DNA of 64,000 nucleotides from Alphaproteobacteria bacterium (GCA_965216755.1 CBDCGL010000011.1:3552001-3616000), one strand, 5' to 3'; numbered from the stretch's first letter, positions 30,889 to 41,986 are shown. Notes: generated by a model not told the origin, from the sequence alone. Translations and numbers: made by a program.

Positions 30889-32520
30889 ATGGGGCACGCT
30901 GCTGACGTGCGCAAATTGGGTCGGCTCTGGCTGCCTATCCGCGTGCTGGTCGTCGCGTGCGTCGCGGTGTTCGGCGGTGGCCGCGCCGACGCTGACACGC
31001 CGCCGTCGATCTTTGTCATCGGCAAGGCCCTCGATGATTTGATTTCACTCGACCCCGCTGAGGTTTTTGAATTTTCCGGCGGCGAACTGATCGCCAACAT
31101 GTACCAGCGGTTGTTTACGCCAAACCCGGACGATCCCGGTCGCCCCCACGGCGATTTGGCCGAGAGTTGGTCTTTTGCCGACGACGGACGCACGCTCACC
31201 ATGACTTTGCGCCAAGACGCCACGTTTGCTAGCGGCCGGCCGGTCACCGCGGCCGATGCCGCCTTTTCCCTGCGTCGGGCGGTGATTTTAAACAAGACTC
31301 CCGCCTTCATTTTGAGCCAATTGGGTCTGGCGCCGACCAATGTGGCCGATCGCGTCCGCGCCTTGGATCTGTGGCGTCTCGCCGTCACCCTGGACCGCGC
31401 CTATGCGCCCTCGCTGGTGCTCAATGCGCTGTCCGCCGGTATCGCCTCGGTGGTCGATCAGGCCGAGGTCATGGCCCGCGCCGAAGACGATGACTTTGGT
31501 CATGGTTGGCTGCGTCGCGCGCACGCCGGCTCTGGCCCGTTCATGCTCTATCGCTGGCAGCCGGGCGAATATGTGATTATGGATGCCAATCCGCACCATG
31601 CCGGGGCGCCGCTGCGGATCCGTCGGGTGGCGATTCGCGATGTCCGCGAACCGGCCACACAAAGGCTGCTGTTGGCACGAGGCGACATCGACATGGCGCG
31701 CGATTTGGGCCCGGATCAAATCATCGCCCTGACCGATGTCGATGGCATCGTCACCTGGTCGGCGCCGGGCGCGCGGCTCTTTTACTTGGGCCTCAATCAG
31801 CGCAATCCGTACCTGGCGCGACCCGAGGTTCGTCAAGCGTTGCGCCATTTGATCGATTATCAGGGTATCGCCGATGCCTTGTTGCCGGGGCGTGCGCGCG
31901 TCCATCAGGCTTTCTTGCCGCGCGGCTTTCTGGGGGCCGTGACCGACCAGCCCTTTGAACTGGATCAGGCGCGCGCAGCCGCGTTGTTGCGCGCGGCCGG
32001 TGTCGCCGACGGTTTCGATATCACCATGAATGTCCGCTCCGACGGGCTATTGTTGCAAGTCGCCCAGGCGATTCAGGCAACGATGGCTGCCGCCGGCGTG
32101 CGCATCGAATTGTTGGCCGGCGACGCCAAGCAGACGCTGACGCGCTATCGTGCCCGTCACCACGATATCTATATTGGCCAATGGGGCCCGGATTATCTGG
32201 ACCCTCACACGAACGCGGCGGCGTTTGCGCGCAATATCGACAATGGTGAGTCCAGTGTCGAACGAACGCTTGCTTGGCGAAATGGCTGGGTAATCCCCGA
32301 ATTGACGGCGATGACCGATGCCGCCACCTTGATCTCCGACCCGCAACAACGCGCGGCCGCCTATGGCGCGTTGCAGCGCCGGGTGATGGCGGACTCACCG
32401 TTTATCGTCATGTTTCAGGAAGACGTGCTCTATGCGGCGCGCGCCAATGTCCACGGCTATCAGTCCGGCCTGATGTCCGATCAAACGCGGTATCGCGCGG
32501 TGTATAAGGGCCCGGAATGA
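30889..32520 (+). CDS. Dipeptide/oligopeptide ABC substrate-binding protein (Dpp/Ddp-like)
   Basis: SLDPAE, LAESW, GSGPF, WGPDYLDP; start uncertain. Confidence 0.9.
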   Translation: MGHAADVRKLGRLWLPIRVLVVACVAVFGGGRADADTPPSIFVIGKALDDLISLDPAEVFEFSGGELIANMYQRLFTPNPDDPGRPHGDLAESWSFADDGRTLTMTLRQDATFASGRPVTAADAAFSLRRAVILNKTPAFILSQLGLAPTNVADRVRALDLWRLAVTLDRAYAPSLVLNALSAGIASVVDQAEVMARAEDDDFGHGWLRRAHAGSGPFMLYRWQPGEYVIMDANPHHAGAPLRIRRVAIRDVREPATQRLLLARGDIDMARDLGPDQIIALTDVDGIVTWSAPGARLFYLGLNQRNPYLARPEVRQALRHLIDYQGIADALLPGRARVHQAFLPRGFLGAVTDQPFELDQARAAALLRAAGVADGFDITMNVRSDGLLLQVAQAIQATMAAAGVRIELLAGDAKQTLTRYRARHHDIYIGQWGPDYLDPHTNAAAFARNIDNGESSVERTLAWRNGWVIPELTAMTDAATLISDPQQRAAAYGALQRRVMADSPFIVMFQEDVLYAARANVHGYQSGLMSDQTRYRAVYKGPE

Positions 32521-33578
32521 CGGCGCCGCCGGTCACGCCGATCACGCGGCCGCTGTGGCGGCTAGGGGCGGCGCGGGGCCGCGACGTGGCGCGCACCATC
32601 GCGGCCGCCATCGTCACGGTGTTTGGGTTGCTTCTGGTCACTTTTGTGATCGGTCGGGTGATCCCGATCGATCCGGTGCTCGCCGTGGTTGGCGATCAGG
32701 CCAGTGCCGAGACATATCAGGCAGCACGTCGGGAGATGGGCTTGGACTTGCCGCTCCCTGTACAGTTTTGGCTCTATCTGCGCGATCTGGCGAGCGGCGA
32801 CCTGGGGCAAAGTGCCGTAACCGCGCGCCCGGTCATCACCGACATCGGGCGTTTTTTCCCGGCGACACTTGAGCTGGCGACCTTGGCGACCTTGATTGGG
32901 GTCATGCTGGGCGTGCCGGCCGGCGTCGTCGCCGCTGTGGCGCGCGGCCGCTGGCCCGATGGCGTTGTCCGGTTCATTTCATTGGTTGGCTATTCGGCGC
33001 CGACGTTTTGGCTGGGCATGATCGGACTGCTGGTGTTTTACGCCAAGCTCGGTTGGTTGCCCGGTCCCGGACGCTTGGACATCATCTATGAAGGTCTGGT
33101 TCCGACCGTGACCGGGGTGCTGGTCCTTGACGCGCTGCTTGCCGGCGACGGCGAAGTGTTGGCCGATGCGTTGGGGCGCTTGGTGCTGCCGTCCGCCACA
33201 TTGGGCTATTTCTCCATGGCGTATATCGCGCGCATGACCAGAAGCTTCATGATCGAACAATTGGCGCAGGAATATGTCGTCGCCGCGCGCGCCAAGGGAC
33301 TGAGCGAAGCTAGGGTGATCTGGGGCCACGCGTTGCGCAACGCGGCGGTACCCCTGATCACTGTTGTGGCGTTGTCGTACGGCAGCTTGCTGGAAGGTTC
33401 GGTACTGACCGAGACAGTGTTCGCGTGGCCAGGGCTGGGTGCCTATCTCACCGCCTCGCTGTTGAATGCGGACATGAATGCGGTTCTCGGCGCAACCTTG
33501 GTCGTTGGCTTGGTGTTCGTGTCCCTAAATCTGCTGTCGGACATCGCATATCGCTTTGCCGATCCGCGGACTCGATAG
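32517..33578 (+). CDS. Peptide ABC permease (DppB-like)
   Basis: GDLGQS, PATLEL, ARAKGL, ETVFAWPGLG. Confidence 0.92.
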   Translation: MTAPPVTPITRPLWRLGAARGRDVARTIAAAIVTVFGLLLVTFVIGRVIPIDPVLAVVGDQASAETYQAARREMGLDLPLPVQFWLYLRDLASGDLGQSAVTARPVITDIGRFFPATLELATLATLIGVMLGVPAGVVAAVARGRWPDGVVRFISLVGYSAPTFWLGMIGLLVFYAKLGWLPGPGRLDIIYEGLVPTVTGVLVLDALLAGDGEVLADALGRLVLPSATLGYFSMAYIARMTRSFMIEQLAQEYVVAARAKGLSEARVIWGHALRNAAVPLITVVALSYGSLLEGSVLTETVFAWPGLGAYLTASLLNADMNAVLGATLVVGLVFVSLNLLSDIAYRFADPRTR

Positions 33579-33580
33579 CG

Positions 33581-34528
33581 ATGCCTGGTTGTGCCGCCCC
33601 GCAATTGCACCGCGACGCGCCCGGGGATGTGGCCAGAATCAGTTGGCGGGCTTGGCTGGCCAGTCCAACGCCGACGTCACGACGTCAAGCTCGTTGGGGC
33701 CGGGCCTATGGATTCGCGCGGCAGTTTGTCCGCCATCCGCTGGCCATGGTTGGAATGGCGATCGTGGTCCTGTTGCTGTTGGTGGCGATTTTTGCGCCAT
33801 ATGTTGCTGGTGTCCCGCCCAATGCCCAAGACCTTAGCCAGCGCCTGTTGCCGCCGAGCGCCGCACATTGGTTCGGCACCGATCAGTTGGGTCGCGATAT
33901 TTTTGCGCGCCTGGTGCACGGCGCACGGATCACATTGATGATCGTCATTTTGGTCGCGGTCATCGCGGCGCCGATCGGCCTTGTGGTGGGATGCGTCGCC
34001 GGAACGCTCGGTGGGTGGGCCGATGTCCTGATGATGCGCATCACAGATGTTTTCTTAGCGTTTCCAAGGTTGATTTTGGCTTTGGCGCTGGTTGCCGCAC
34101 TCGGGCCCGGAATCGAAAATGCGGTCATTGCCATCGCGCTGACCTCGTGGCCGGTCTATGCCCGTGTCGCCCGCGCCGAAGCGCTGACGGTGCGGGGCCG
34201 AGACTTTGTTGCCGCCGCCCGTCAACAGGGCGCGTCGACCTGGTGGATCGTGCGCCGGCAAATCATGCCCATGTGCCTAAACTCGCTGATCGTGCGTGTG
34301 TCGTTCGATATGGCCGGCATCATATTGACCGCCGCCGGTTTGGGTTTTTTGGGGCTCGGCGCGCAACCGCCGACGCCGGAATGGGGGGCGATGATTGCCA
34401 GCGGGCGGGCCTATCTGTTCGACCAGTGGTGGGTCGCCACCGTCCCCGGGTTGGCGATCTTGACCGTCAGCATGGGCTTTAATCTGCTGGGTGACGGCTT
34501 GCGCGACGTTTTGGACCCACGCACATGA
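33581..34528 (+). CDS. Peptide ABC permease (DppC-like)
   Basis: HWFGTDQLGRD, LGFLGLG..PPTPEWG, GDGLRD. Confidence 0.92.
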   Translation: MPGCAAPQLHRDAPGDVARISWRAWLASPTPTSRRQARWGRAYGFARQFVRHPLAMVGMAIVVLLLLVAIFAPYVAGVPPNAQDLSQRLLPPSAAHWFGTDQLGRDIFARLVHGARITLMIVILVAVIAAPIGLVVGCVAGTLGGWADVLMMRITDVFLAFPRLILALALVAALGPGIENAVIAIALTSWPVYARVARAEALTVRGRDFVAAARQQGASTWWIVRRQIMPMCLNSLIVRVSFDMAGIILTAAGLGFLGLGAQPPTPEWGAMIASGRAYLFDQWWVATVPGLAILTVSMGFNLLGDGLRDVLDPRT

Positions 34529-35352
34529 CCGGCACGCCGCTGCTCGATGTGGCCGCGTTGCGGGTCGACTACATGACCGCGCGCGGGATGGTGCGGGCCG
34601 TGGATGACATCGATCTTGCGGTCGGCCACGAAAAAGTTGGCTTGTTGGGGCAATCGGGTTCCGGCAAATCGACCATCGGCCGTGCCCTGATGGGCCTGTT
34701 GCCCGAATCCGCTCAGGTCGGCGCCCAGAGGGTGACCTTGGAAGGTGTGCCTTTGCCGATCGGGTCGGCCGCCGCCATGCGGCGCCATCGCGGTCGCGAC
34801 ATTGCTATGATTCTTCAGGACCCGCACCATGCGTTGAATCCGGTGACGCGGGTCGGCGCACAGATTGTCGAAGCGCTACGGGTCGGCGTCGGCGGGATGT
34901 CTCGCGGCGACGCACGACGTCGCGGACTCGACATGCTTGCGACTGTTCAAATGGCCGATCCGGAGGGGACGTGGCGCGCCTATCCCCACGAATTGTCGGG
35001 CGGTATGGCGCAACGCGTCATGTTGGCGATGATGCTGGCGCCCGGACCGCGCTTGTTGGTTGCCGACGAACCGACGTCGGCGCTTGATGTCTTGGCGCGG
35101 CAAGCGGTGCTTGAGGTGCTCGACGCGCAGATTGCCGCGCGCCACATGGGATTGCTGTTCATTTCTCACGACTTGACATTGTTGGCATCTTTTTGCGATC
35201 GCGTCTTGGTGCTTCGCGCCGGTCAAATCGTTGAGCGGCTGCCAGCGGCAGAATTGGAGTCCGCCCGCGCGGACTACACGCGCGCCCTGTTGGCGGCCCG
35301 CCCAGCGCTGGAGAAACGCTGGCGCGCCGGGCGCGGCCAGATTTCTGTGTGA
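34525..35352 (+). CDS. Peptide ABC ATPase (DppD-like)
   Basis: GQSGSGKS, YPHELSGG, ADEPTSALD. Confidence 0.92.
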   Translation: MTGTPLLDVAALRVDYMTARGMVRAVDDIDLAVGHEKVGLLGQSGSGKSTIGRALMGLLPESAQVGAQRVTLEGVPLPIGSAAAMRRHRGRDIAMILQDPHHALNPVTRVGAQIVEALRVGVGGMSRGDARRRGLDMLATVQMADPEGTWRAYPHELSGGMAQRVMLAMMLAPGPRLLVADEPTSALDVLARQAVLEVLDAQIAARHMGLLFISHDLTLLASFCDRVLVLRAGQIVERLPAAELESARADYTRALLAARPALEKRWRAGRGQISV

Positions 35353-36122
35353 ACATGTTCACTGTCCGTGATCTGAATATCCGCTATCACACCGGCTCGT
35401 CCGTCAGGCACGTCGTGCGCGGTGTCTCTTTCGCGTTCGGCAGTGGTGTTGCCTTTGGCCTGGTCGGCCGATCCGGTTGCGGCAAGTCGACCCTGCTTCG
35501 GGCGTTGGCCGGTTTGAATGCCGACTGGGACGGTGAGATTGTGATTGACGGCGCCGTTCAAGCCAAGCGGCGGCCGAGGTCGTTTTACCGCAAGGTACAA
35601 ATGGTGTTCCAAGACCCATACGGATCGCTGCATCCGCGCAAGACCGTTGACGATAGTTTGGCGGCGCCGTTGTCGATTCATGGCTTTGACGATATTGATC
35701 GCAGAATAAGCGCCGCGCTTGACGACGTCGGTCTCGACCAAGGCTTGCGGTTTCGCTATCCGCACCAGCTGTCCGGCGGTCAAAGGCAGCGCGTGGCGTT
35801 GGCCCGGGCGCTTGTTCTCGAACCCAAAGCGCTGTTGCTCGACGAGCCGACGGCATCGCTCGATGCCCAAACTCAGTCTGAAATTCTACGTCTTCTCAAA
35901 GCGTTACGACAAAGGTTGGGATTGACCATGCTGTTGGTCAGCCACAATATTGCAGTCGTCGCCGAGCTTTGCGATTGGTTCGCAGTCCTCGACGCGGGGC
36001 GGCTGGTTGAGATTGTCAAATGCGACCACGCCAGCGGGCCGCGGCCGACCGCCGCCATATCTCGCGCCTTGTTGACCGCGGCGGCGGGCTATCGCCCGAC
36101 CACGTCTCCACAATCTATTTGA
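35349..36122 (+). CDS. Peptide ABC ATPase (DppF-like)
   Basis: GRSGCGKS, YPHQLSGGQRQR, LDEPT. Confidence 0.92.
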   Translation: MNMFTVRDLNIRYHTGSSVRHVVRGVSFAFGSGVAFGLVGRSGCGKSTLLRALAGLNADWDGEIVIDGAVQAKRRPRSFYRKVQMVFQDPYGSLHPRKTVDDSLAAPLSIHGFDDIDRRISAALDDVGLDQGLRFRYPHQLSGGQRQRVALARALVLEPKALLLDEPTASLDAQTQSEILRLLKALRQRLGLTMLLVSHNIAVVAELCDWFAVLDAGRLVEIVKCDHASGPRPTAAISRALLTAAAGYRPTTSPQSI

Positions 36123-36128
36123 AGGCAC

Positions 36129-37436
36129 GTGGCAGCGGGCCCATTTGACACTTCGGACCCGCAATTTGGACATCATCGAATATCGGCGCTTATTGTGCGA
36201 CGTACATCCCGTTTCTGGCTTCCCATCCTGGTTTTGGCGCTCAGTGTTGGCGTCATGGTTGGGCTGAAGGCGACCAAGCCCGAAGCACCAACCAGTCCTC
36301 CGGAAGAGCGCACTTGGTTGGTGGAAACCGCGCGCGTCGCCGTCGCGGATGTCCAACCGATTTTGCAGCTTTACGGCACCGTCGCATCTGGCCGTTCGGT
36401 CGATCTGCGGGCCCTTGTCGGCGGCACGGTCGAAACCGTTGGGGCCGCATATGTCGAAGGCGGTATCGTCAATAAGGGCGAACTGTTGGTCGCCATTGAC
36501 CCGTTTGTTTTCCGCCAGACGCTTGTTGAACAAAATGCATTGGCGCGTGAGGCGCGCGCCCGTCTGCGCGAGCTGGAGGCGCGGCAGCGCACCGAGGCAG
36601 CGATGCTGGCGGAAGATCAACAGCAAGTGGCGTTGAGCGCCCGTGACTTGGCGCGACGCGAGAAATTGGTCGGCGATGCCGTGTCCGAGAAATCACTCGA
36701 CGACGCGCGCGCGGCATTGAGCCGGGCAAAAATAGAAGCCTTGCGGGCCGAGCAAGGGACGGAAGCACTGGACGCCCAAATCCAACAGCAACAAGCGGTC
36801 ATCGAGCGCCTCGGCGCGGTGATTGCGCGCGCGGAACGTGATATGGCCGATACACGCCTGAGCGCCCCTTTCGACGGCTACGTCGCGACCCCGCAAGCGG
36901 AGATCGGCCAGCGCCTCAATCCGGGCGATCCGGTCGCGCGGTTGATCGATTCAAACCGGCTAGAAGCCCGTGTTTTTGTCAGCAACGCGCAATTGGGGCG
37001 CCTGGTCGCTGCATCGCAGACCGATCCGGGCACCCCCGTCACCGTGCTGTGGCGCACCGGCGATCGCGTCCACGCGCTGGACGGCGCGATCGCCCGTATT
37101 GGCAGCGAAATCGATGCCACGTCGGGCGGCGCGTATCTTTATGCGCATCTGCGCGATGTGCCGGCGACTTTGCCGCTGCGGCCGGGTGCCTTTGTCGAGG
37201 TGCGGCTGCAGGACCAAGTCTACCCGAATGTGACACGGTTGCCGCAGACCGCCGTGCACGGTACCGGCACGGTGTACGCGGTCATGGAACAGCGCTTGGA
37301 ACCGCGTTCGGTCGAGGTGGTGGCGCGCGAGGATGACATGGTCATCGTACGCGGGGCGCTGGCCGAGGGCGACGAGGTCGTAGTGACGCGATTTGCTGAA
37401 ATCGGCCCGGGCGTGAAGGTCGCGACCGCGCAATGA
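36129..37436 (+). CDS. RND efflux periplasmic adaptor (MFP)
   Basis: TM anchor, coiled-coil hairpin, APFDG lipoyl-like motif; start may lie downstream. Confidence 0.88.
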   Translation: MAAGPFDTSDPQFGHHRISALIVRRTSRFWLPILVLALSVGVMVGLKATKPEAPTSPPEERTWLVETARVAVADVQPILQLYGTVASGRSVDLRALVGGTVETVGAAYVEGGIVNKGELLVAIDPFVFRQTLVEQNALAREARARLRELEARQRTEAAMLAEDQQQVALSARDLARREKLVGDAVSEKSLDDARAALSRAKIEALRAEQGTEALDAQIQQQQAVIERLGAVIARAERDMADTRLSAPFDGYVATPQAEIGQRLNPGDPVARLIDSNRLEARVFVSNAQLGRLVAASQTDPGTPVTVLWRTGDRVHALDGAIARIGSEIDATSGGAYLYAHLRDVPATLPLRPGAFVEVRLQDQVYPNVTRLPQTAVHGTGTVYAVMEQRLEPRSVEVVAREDDMVIVRGALAEGDEVVVTRFAEIGPGVKVATAQ

Positions 37437-40400
37437 GGCAGACCGGTCGCGGATTGATTGCCCTATTCGCGCGTCATCGCACGGCCGCGAACCTGTTGAT
37501 GGTCCTAATGATCGCCGCCGGTCTGATCGCCGCGGGTCGCCTCAACACCCAGTTCTTTCCGGACTTCGGTATCGACGTGATCACCATTTCCGTCGCCTGG
37601 CCCGGCGCCAGCGCGGACGATGTCGAAAACACCATCCTGCAGGCGCTGGAACCCGAAGTCCGCTTCATCGACGACGTCAAGCGCGTTCGTGGATCGGCGC
37701 GCGAAGGGGCCGGCAGCTTGGCCATAGAGTTTCATCCGGGTGCCGACATGCAAGCCGGCTTGTCGGCTGTCGAAAGCGCCGTCGCCCAGGTCACAACATT
37801 GCCCGAAGACGCCGAAGAGCCGATTGTGTCGCGGATTGTGCGCTATGACACGATTAGCCGGCTGCTGATATCGGGACCTTATTCAGAACTGGCGCTGAAA
37901 CATATCGCCAAGCGGGTGCGCGAAGACCTGCTGGCGCGCGGTATCGACAAGGTGACGCTGTTCGGCGCGCGCGACGAGGAATTGTGGGTCGAGGTGGCGC
38001 CGGAGACGTTGCTGCGTCTGGATTTGACTTTGGCGGATATCGCCGCGCGCATCCGCGAGACCAGTTTGGACATGCCGGCCGGCGACACAAGGGGGGCGGG
38101 TGCCCTGCAAATCCGCAGCTTGGGTCTTCGGCGCGATGCGCGCACCCTGCGTACGGTTGAAGTGCTGGCGCGCGATAGCGGTGAGAAGATTCTGCTCGGC
38201 GACATTGCGACGATAACCGACACTTTCGATGACGACGGCGCCAACGGTCGCTATCAAGGTCAGACGGCCATACAGTTGCATGTCCAGCGCGCCGTCGGCG
38301 CCGACGCCTTGCAACTTGCCGAAGTCGTCAACGACTATTTGGAAATATTGCGGCCGACATTGCCAGCGTCGCTGAACATTGTGCAATTCGACGTCGCTGC
38401 CAGTCTGGTGCGCGACCGCATCAATCTGCTGTTGCGCAACGGCGCCGGCGGCCTGGTGTTGGTTTTGGCGGTATTGTTCCTGTTTCTCAGCAGCCGGGTG
38501 GCGCTGTGGGTGGCGGTTGGGATTCCGACCGCGGTGATGGCTTCACTGGCGGTGATGCTGGCGACCGGTCAGTCGATCAATATGGTCAGCCTGTTCGCGT
38601 TGATCATGATGCTGGGTATCATCGTCGACGATGCCATCGTTGTTGGCGAGCATGCCATGGCGCGGCGCCATGCCGGCATGGACGCGCAAGATGCGGTGGA
38701 AACCGGGGCGCGGCGCATGGTGCCGCCGGTGTTCAGTGCAACTTTGACGACGATCGCCGCGTTTTTGCCAATTGTCATGGTGACCGGCATCATCGGTGAA
38801 ATCCTGTTTGCGATTCCGAGCGTGGTCGTGGCGGTGCTGATTGCCAGTCTGGTCGAGTGTTTCTTGGTGCTGCCCGGGCATTTGCGCCACGCGATGACCG
38901 CCGATCCGTCGGCAGTCTCACGATTTCGGCACCGGTTCAATGAAAGATTCGACCGCTTTCGCGATACTCGCTTTCGGCGTTTGACCGTGTTGGCGGTACG
39001 TTGGCGTTATACCGTACTCGCGCTTGCGTTCGGCAGTTTGATTGCCGCGGTTGGGCTGTTGGTTGGCGGCCGCGTTCAGTTTGTCTTTTTCCCGTCGCCC
39101 GAAAGCGATGTCATTCTGGCCAACTTCGCCTTTTCGCCCGGCACGCCGCGCACCCGCACCGCGGCCATGCTGGACGAATTGGAACGCGCGCTCGCCGAAG
39201 TGGACCGGCAGTTGGCCGGCGAAAACGACAGTGCCGTCAAGGTGACCTTCGGCACGCTTGGGGAAACGATCATCAGCGATGTTGCCGGCGGTGCCAGAGG
39301 CGAACATGTCGGTGGCTTGTTTGTTGAGCTGCAACCGTCCGAACAGCGCAGTGTGCGTACCCAAGCGCTGGTCACCGCGTGGCGCGCGGCCATACGGCCT
39401 TTGGCCGGTATCGATGAAATGTCGATCCGCGAACCGCAAGGGGGGCCGCCCGGTCGTGATTTGGACGTGCGCCTGTCGGGCGCCGACGCGGCGACGCTCA
39501 AGAAAGCAGCGCTCGATCTGCGCACCACCTTGGGACGTTTTCCTGGCATTAGCGACGATGCCGACAATCTGCCGTGGGGCAAGCCGGAACTGATCCTCAA
39601 CGTGTCGCCGCGAGGCCGCGCATTGGGTTTCACCACGGACGCCGTCGGCCGCCAAGTGCGTGATGCGTTCGAGGGCGCGATCGCCCACCGTTTCGCGCGT
39701 GACGATGAAGAAGTGACCGTGCGGGTACGCTTGCCGGAAGGCACGCTGACCGAATCGCGCCTGCGTAGCCTTTATTTGCGCAGCCCCGGCGGCGCCGAAG
39801 TGCCACTGTCTGAGGTTGTCACCCTGTCCAGCGATCGTGGCTTTTCGGTTATCCAACGCGAAGACGGCGTGCGCGAAGTCAGCGTGACGGCAGAGGTCGA
39901 TGAGGCGGTCGCCAATCCGACCGAATTGGTGGCAACCTTGGCTGCCGGCCCAATTGTTGAATTGCGGCAGACATATGGTGTGCAGGCGCGGTTCGCCGGT
40001 AAGGCCGAGGAGCAAGGCGAGACCCTAGCCGACATGCGCTTGGGCACGATGGCTGGTCTGACCACGATCTACATCATCTTGGCCTGGGTCTTCGCCAGTT
40101 ACACGCGCCCGGTGGTGGTCATGTCCATCATTCCCTTGGCAGCCGTTGGCGCCATCGTCGGCCATTGGTTGACCGGTTACGACTTGACCTTGCTCAGCTT
40201 GATCGGGCTGCTGGGTTTGTCCGGTATCGTGGTCAACGATTCGATCATATTGGTCAGCACCATCGACGAGCGGCTGAAGGGCGGCCAGCCACCCGCGGCG
40301 GCCATCGTTCATGGCACACGCGATCGTCTCCGCGCGGTGATCTTGACGTCGCTGACGACAATCGGCGGTCTGTTGCCGCTGATGTTTGAAACCAGCCTGC

Positions 40401-40600
40401 AAGCCCAGTTTCTGAAACCGATGGCTCTGACCCTGGTGTTCGGCCTGATCACTACGACATTGCTGGTGTTGTTTGTTATCCCCGCCATGATGGCGATACA
40501 GAACGATGTCGGCCGTTGGCGTCCGCGTCCGCGGTCAGGCGCGCCAGAACCCTGGCATAAACAGGATCATTACCGTGAACAGCTCGAGGCGGCCGAGTAG
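37433..40600 (+). CDS. RND efflux permease (AcrB/AcrD/AcrF family)
   Basis: 1055 aa; GIIVDDAIVVGE, GIVVNDSI, RLRAVILTSLTT. Confidence 0.93.
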   Translation: MRQTGRGLIALFARHRTAANLLMVLMIAAGLIAAGRLNTQFFPDFGIDVITISVAWPGASADDVENTILQALEPEVRFIDDVKRVRGSAREGAGSLAIEFHPGADMQAGLSAVESAVAQVTTLPEDAEEPIVSRIVRYDTISRLLISGPYSELALKHIAKRVREDLLARGIDKVTLFGARDEELWVEVAPETLLRLDLTLADIAARIRETSLDMPAGDTRGAGALQIRSLGLRRDARTLRTVEVLARDSGEKILLGDIATITDTFDDDGANGRYQGQTAIQLHVQRAVGADALQLAEVVNDYLEILRPTLPASLNIVQFDVAASLVRDRINLLLRNGAGGLVLVLAVLFLFLSSRVALWVAVGIPTAVMASLAVMLATGQSINMVSLFALIMMLGIIVDDAIVVGEHAMARRHAGMDAQDAVETGARRMVPPVFSATLTTIAAFLPIVMVTGIIGEILFAIPSVVVAVLIASLVECFLVLPGHLRHAMTADPSAVSRFRHRFNERFDRFRDTRFRRLTVLAVRWRYTVLALAFGSLIAAVGLLVGGRVQFVFFPSPESDVILANFAFSPGTPRTRTAAMLDELERALAEVDRQLAGENDSAVKVTFGTLGETIISDVAGGARGEHVGGLFVELQPSEQRSVRTQALVTAWRAAIRPLAGIDEMSIREPQGGPPGRDLDVRLSGADAATLKKAALDLRTTLGRFPGISDDADNLPWGKPELILNVSPRGRALGFTTDAVGRQVRDAFEGAIAHRFARDDEEVTVRVRLPEGTLTESRLRSLYLRSPGGAEVPLSEVVTLSSDRGFSVIQREDGVREVSVTAEVDEAVANPTELVATLAAGPIVELRQTYGVQARFAGKAEEQGETLADMRLGTMAGLTTIYIILAWVFASYTRPVVVMSIIPLAAVGAIVGHWLTGYDLTLLSLIGLLGLSGIVVNDSIILVSTIDERLKGGQPPAAAIVHGTRDRLRAVILTSLTTIGGLLPLMFETSLQAQFLKPMALTLVFGLITTTLLVLFVIPAMMAIQNDVGRWRPRPRSGAPEPWHKQDHYREQLEAAE

Positions 40601-41986
40601 CATCGCCGCGGACAGCAGCCATTTGGCACTGTCGTCGAGCGACGCGAAGGTGCCGGCCGGGCCGATAATCGGCCCCAATGCCGGCCCAACATTGGCCACC
40701 GCTGTCGCCGCGCCGCTGATGCTCGTGACGAAGTCATAGCCGTGCAGGGCGAGGCCAAGGGCCGTCACGGCAAACACGGCAAAAAACATGAAAAAGAAAC
40801 CGAGCACCGAACTGACCACGTGGTTTGGCACGGGACGGCCGTCGAAATGCGGAACAAACACCGCATGTGGCCTGAGCAGGTGGACAAATTGCACACGCAC
40901 TGCGGAAAACAACACTTGATAGCGGAACACTTTGATACCGCCGGTGGTACCGCCGGTACAGCCGCCGACAAACATCAGAAAGAACATGACCGTGACAGCC
41001 AGCGCGCCCCAATGGGCATAATCATCGGTGGCGTAGCCGGTGCCGGTCATCACCGACACGACATTGAAGGCGCCATAGCGCAGGGCGTCGAACAGGCTCC
41101 GATCCTCGAATGTGAACCACTGCCATAGAATGAGGACGATGATCATCACCGCCAGGGTGCCGAAGAACCACTGCACCTGACTGTCGCGCCACAACGCCGG
41201 AGCATCGCCGCGCAGGGCCTTGAGATAAAGGACGAACGGGAGGCTGCCAACCACCATGCCGACAATCACCACGCAGTCGACGGCGACACTATTGAAATAG
41301 CGAATCGATTGGTCGGACGTCGAAAAGCCGCCGGTCGCGATCGTGGTCATGCCGTGACAGATAGCGTCGAATCCACTCATGCCGGCGACATACAGCGCAA
41401 CAATCCAAATCGCCGTCAGGGCCACGTACAAAATTACGATCGAGGCGGCGAGTTTTGCGGCGCGCGGCAAGCCGCCTTCCGATTGGCTCGACGATTCGGT
41501 ACGGAATAACTGCATGCCGCCGACCCGCAAGATCGGCAGAATCGCGACCGCCATGGCGACAATGCCGATGCCGCCAAGCCACTGCAACAGCGAACGCCAC
41601 AGCAAAATCCCGGGTGGCTGATTGTCCAGGCCTTCGATGACCGTCGAACCCGTGGTCGTCAACCCCGACATGGCTTCGAAATACGCATCGGCCGGCGACA
41701 TGCCTAGGGTCGAGAACACAAACGGCAAACTGGCGAACGCACACACCAGCACCCAGCTGGCGGTGGTCATCAAAAAGGTCTCTTTGATTGTCAGTCGAAA
41801 TCGGCGCAACCGAAAAGACAGCGCCAACATGGCGCCGACGAAAAACGTTACCAGCGACGAAACCAGGAAAACACGCCAATCTGGATTGTCTGCCGCAACG
41901 TCGGCCAGCGCCGGCAATGTCATTGCCAACGCGATTGTGATCAACAAAAGGCCGACGACGAATAACGTCGGCCGCAGATCAATCAA
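40535..41986 (-). CDS. trkH: Trk potassium uptake membrane protein
   Basis: SGLTTTG, ATGGFST, GCTGGTTGGIK, NVGP, LGRLE. Confidence 0.93.
   Translation of the reverse strand: MIDLRPTLFVVGLLLITIALAMTLPALADVAADNPDWRVFLVSSLVTFFVGAMLALSFRLRRFRLTIKETFLMTTASWVLVCAFASLPFVFSTLGMSPADAYFEAMSGLTTTGSTVIEGLDNQPPGILLWRSLLQWLGGIGIVAMAVAILPILRVGGMQLFRTESSSQSEGGLPRAAKLAASIVILYVALTAIWIVALYVAGMSGFDAICHGMTTIATGGFSTSDQSIRYFNSVAVDCVVIVGMVVGSLPFVLYLKALRGDAPALWRDSQVQWFFGTLAVMIIVLILWQWFTFEDRSLFDALRYGAFNVVSVMTGTGYATDDYAHWGALAVTVMFFLMFVGGCTGGTTGGIKVFRYQVLFSAVRVQFVHLLRPHAVFVPHFDGRPVPNHVVSSVLGFFFMFFAVFAVTALGLALHGYDFVTSISGAATAVANVGPALGPIIGPAGTFASLDDSAKWLLSAAMLLGRLELFTVMILFMPGFWRA

Noticed and set aside
30747-31388. 213-aa N-terminal extension on argE in the ORF track
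   Set aside because: Antisense to the peptide-binding protein; ArgE similarity starts at 30746.
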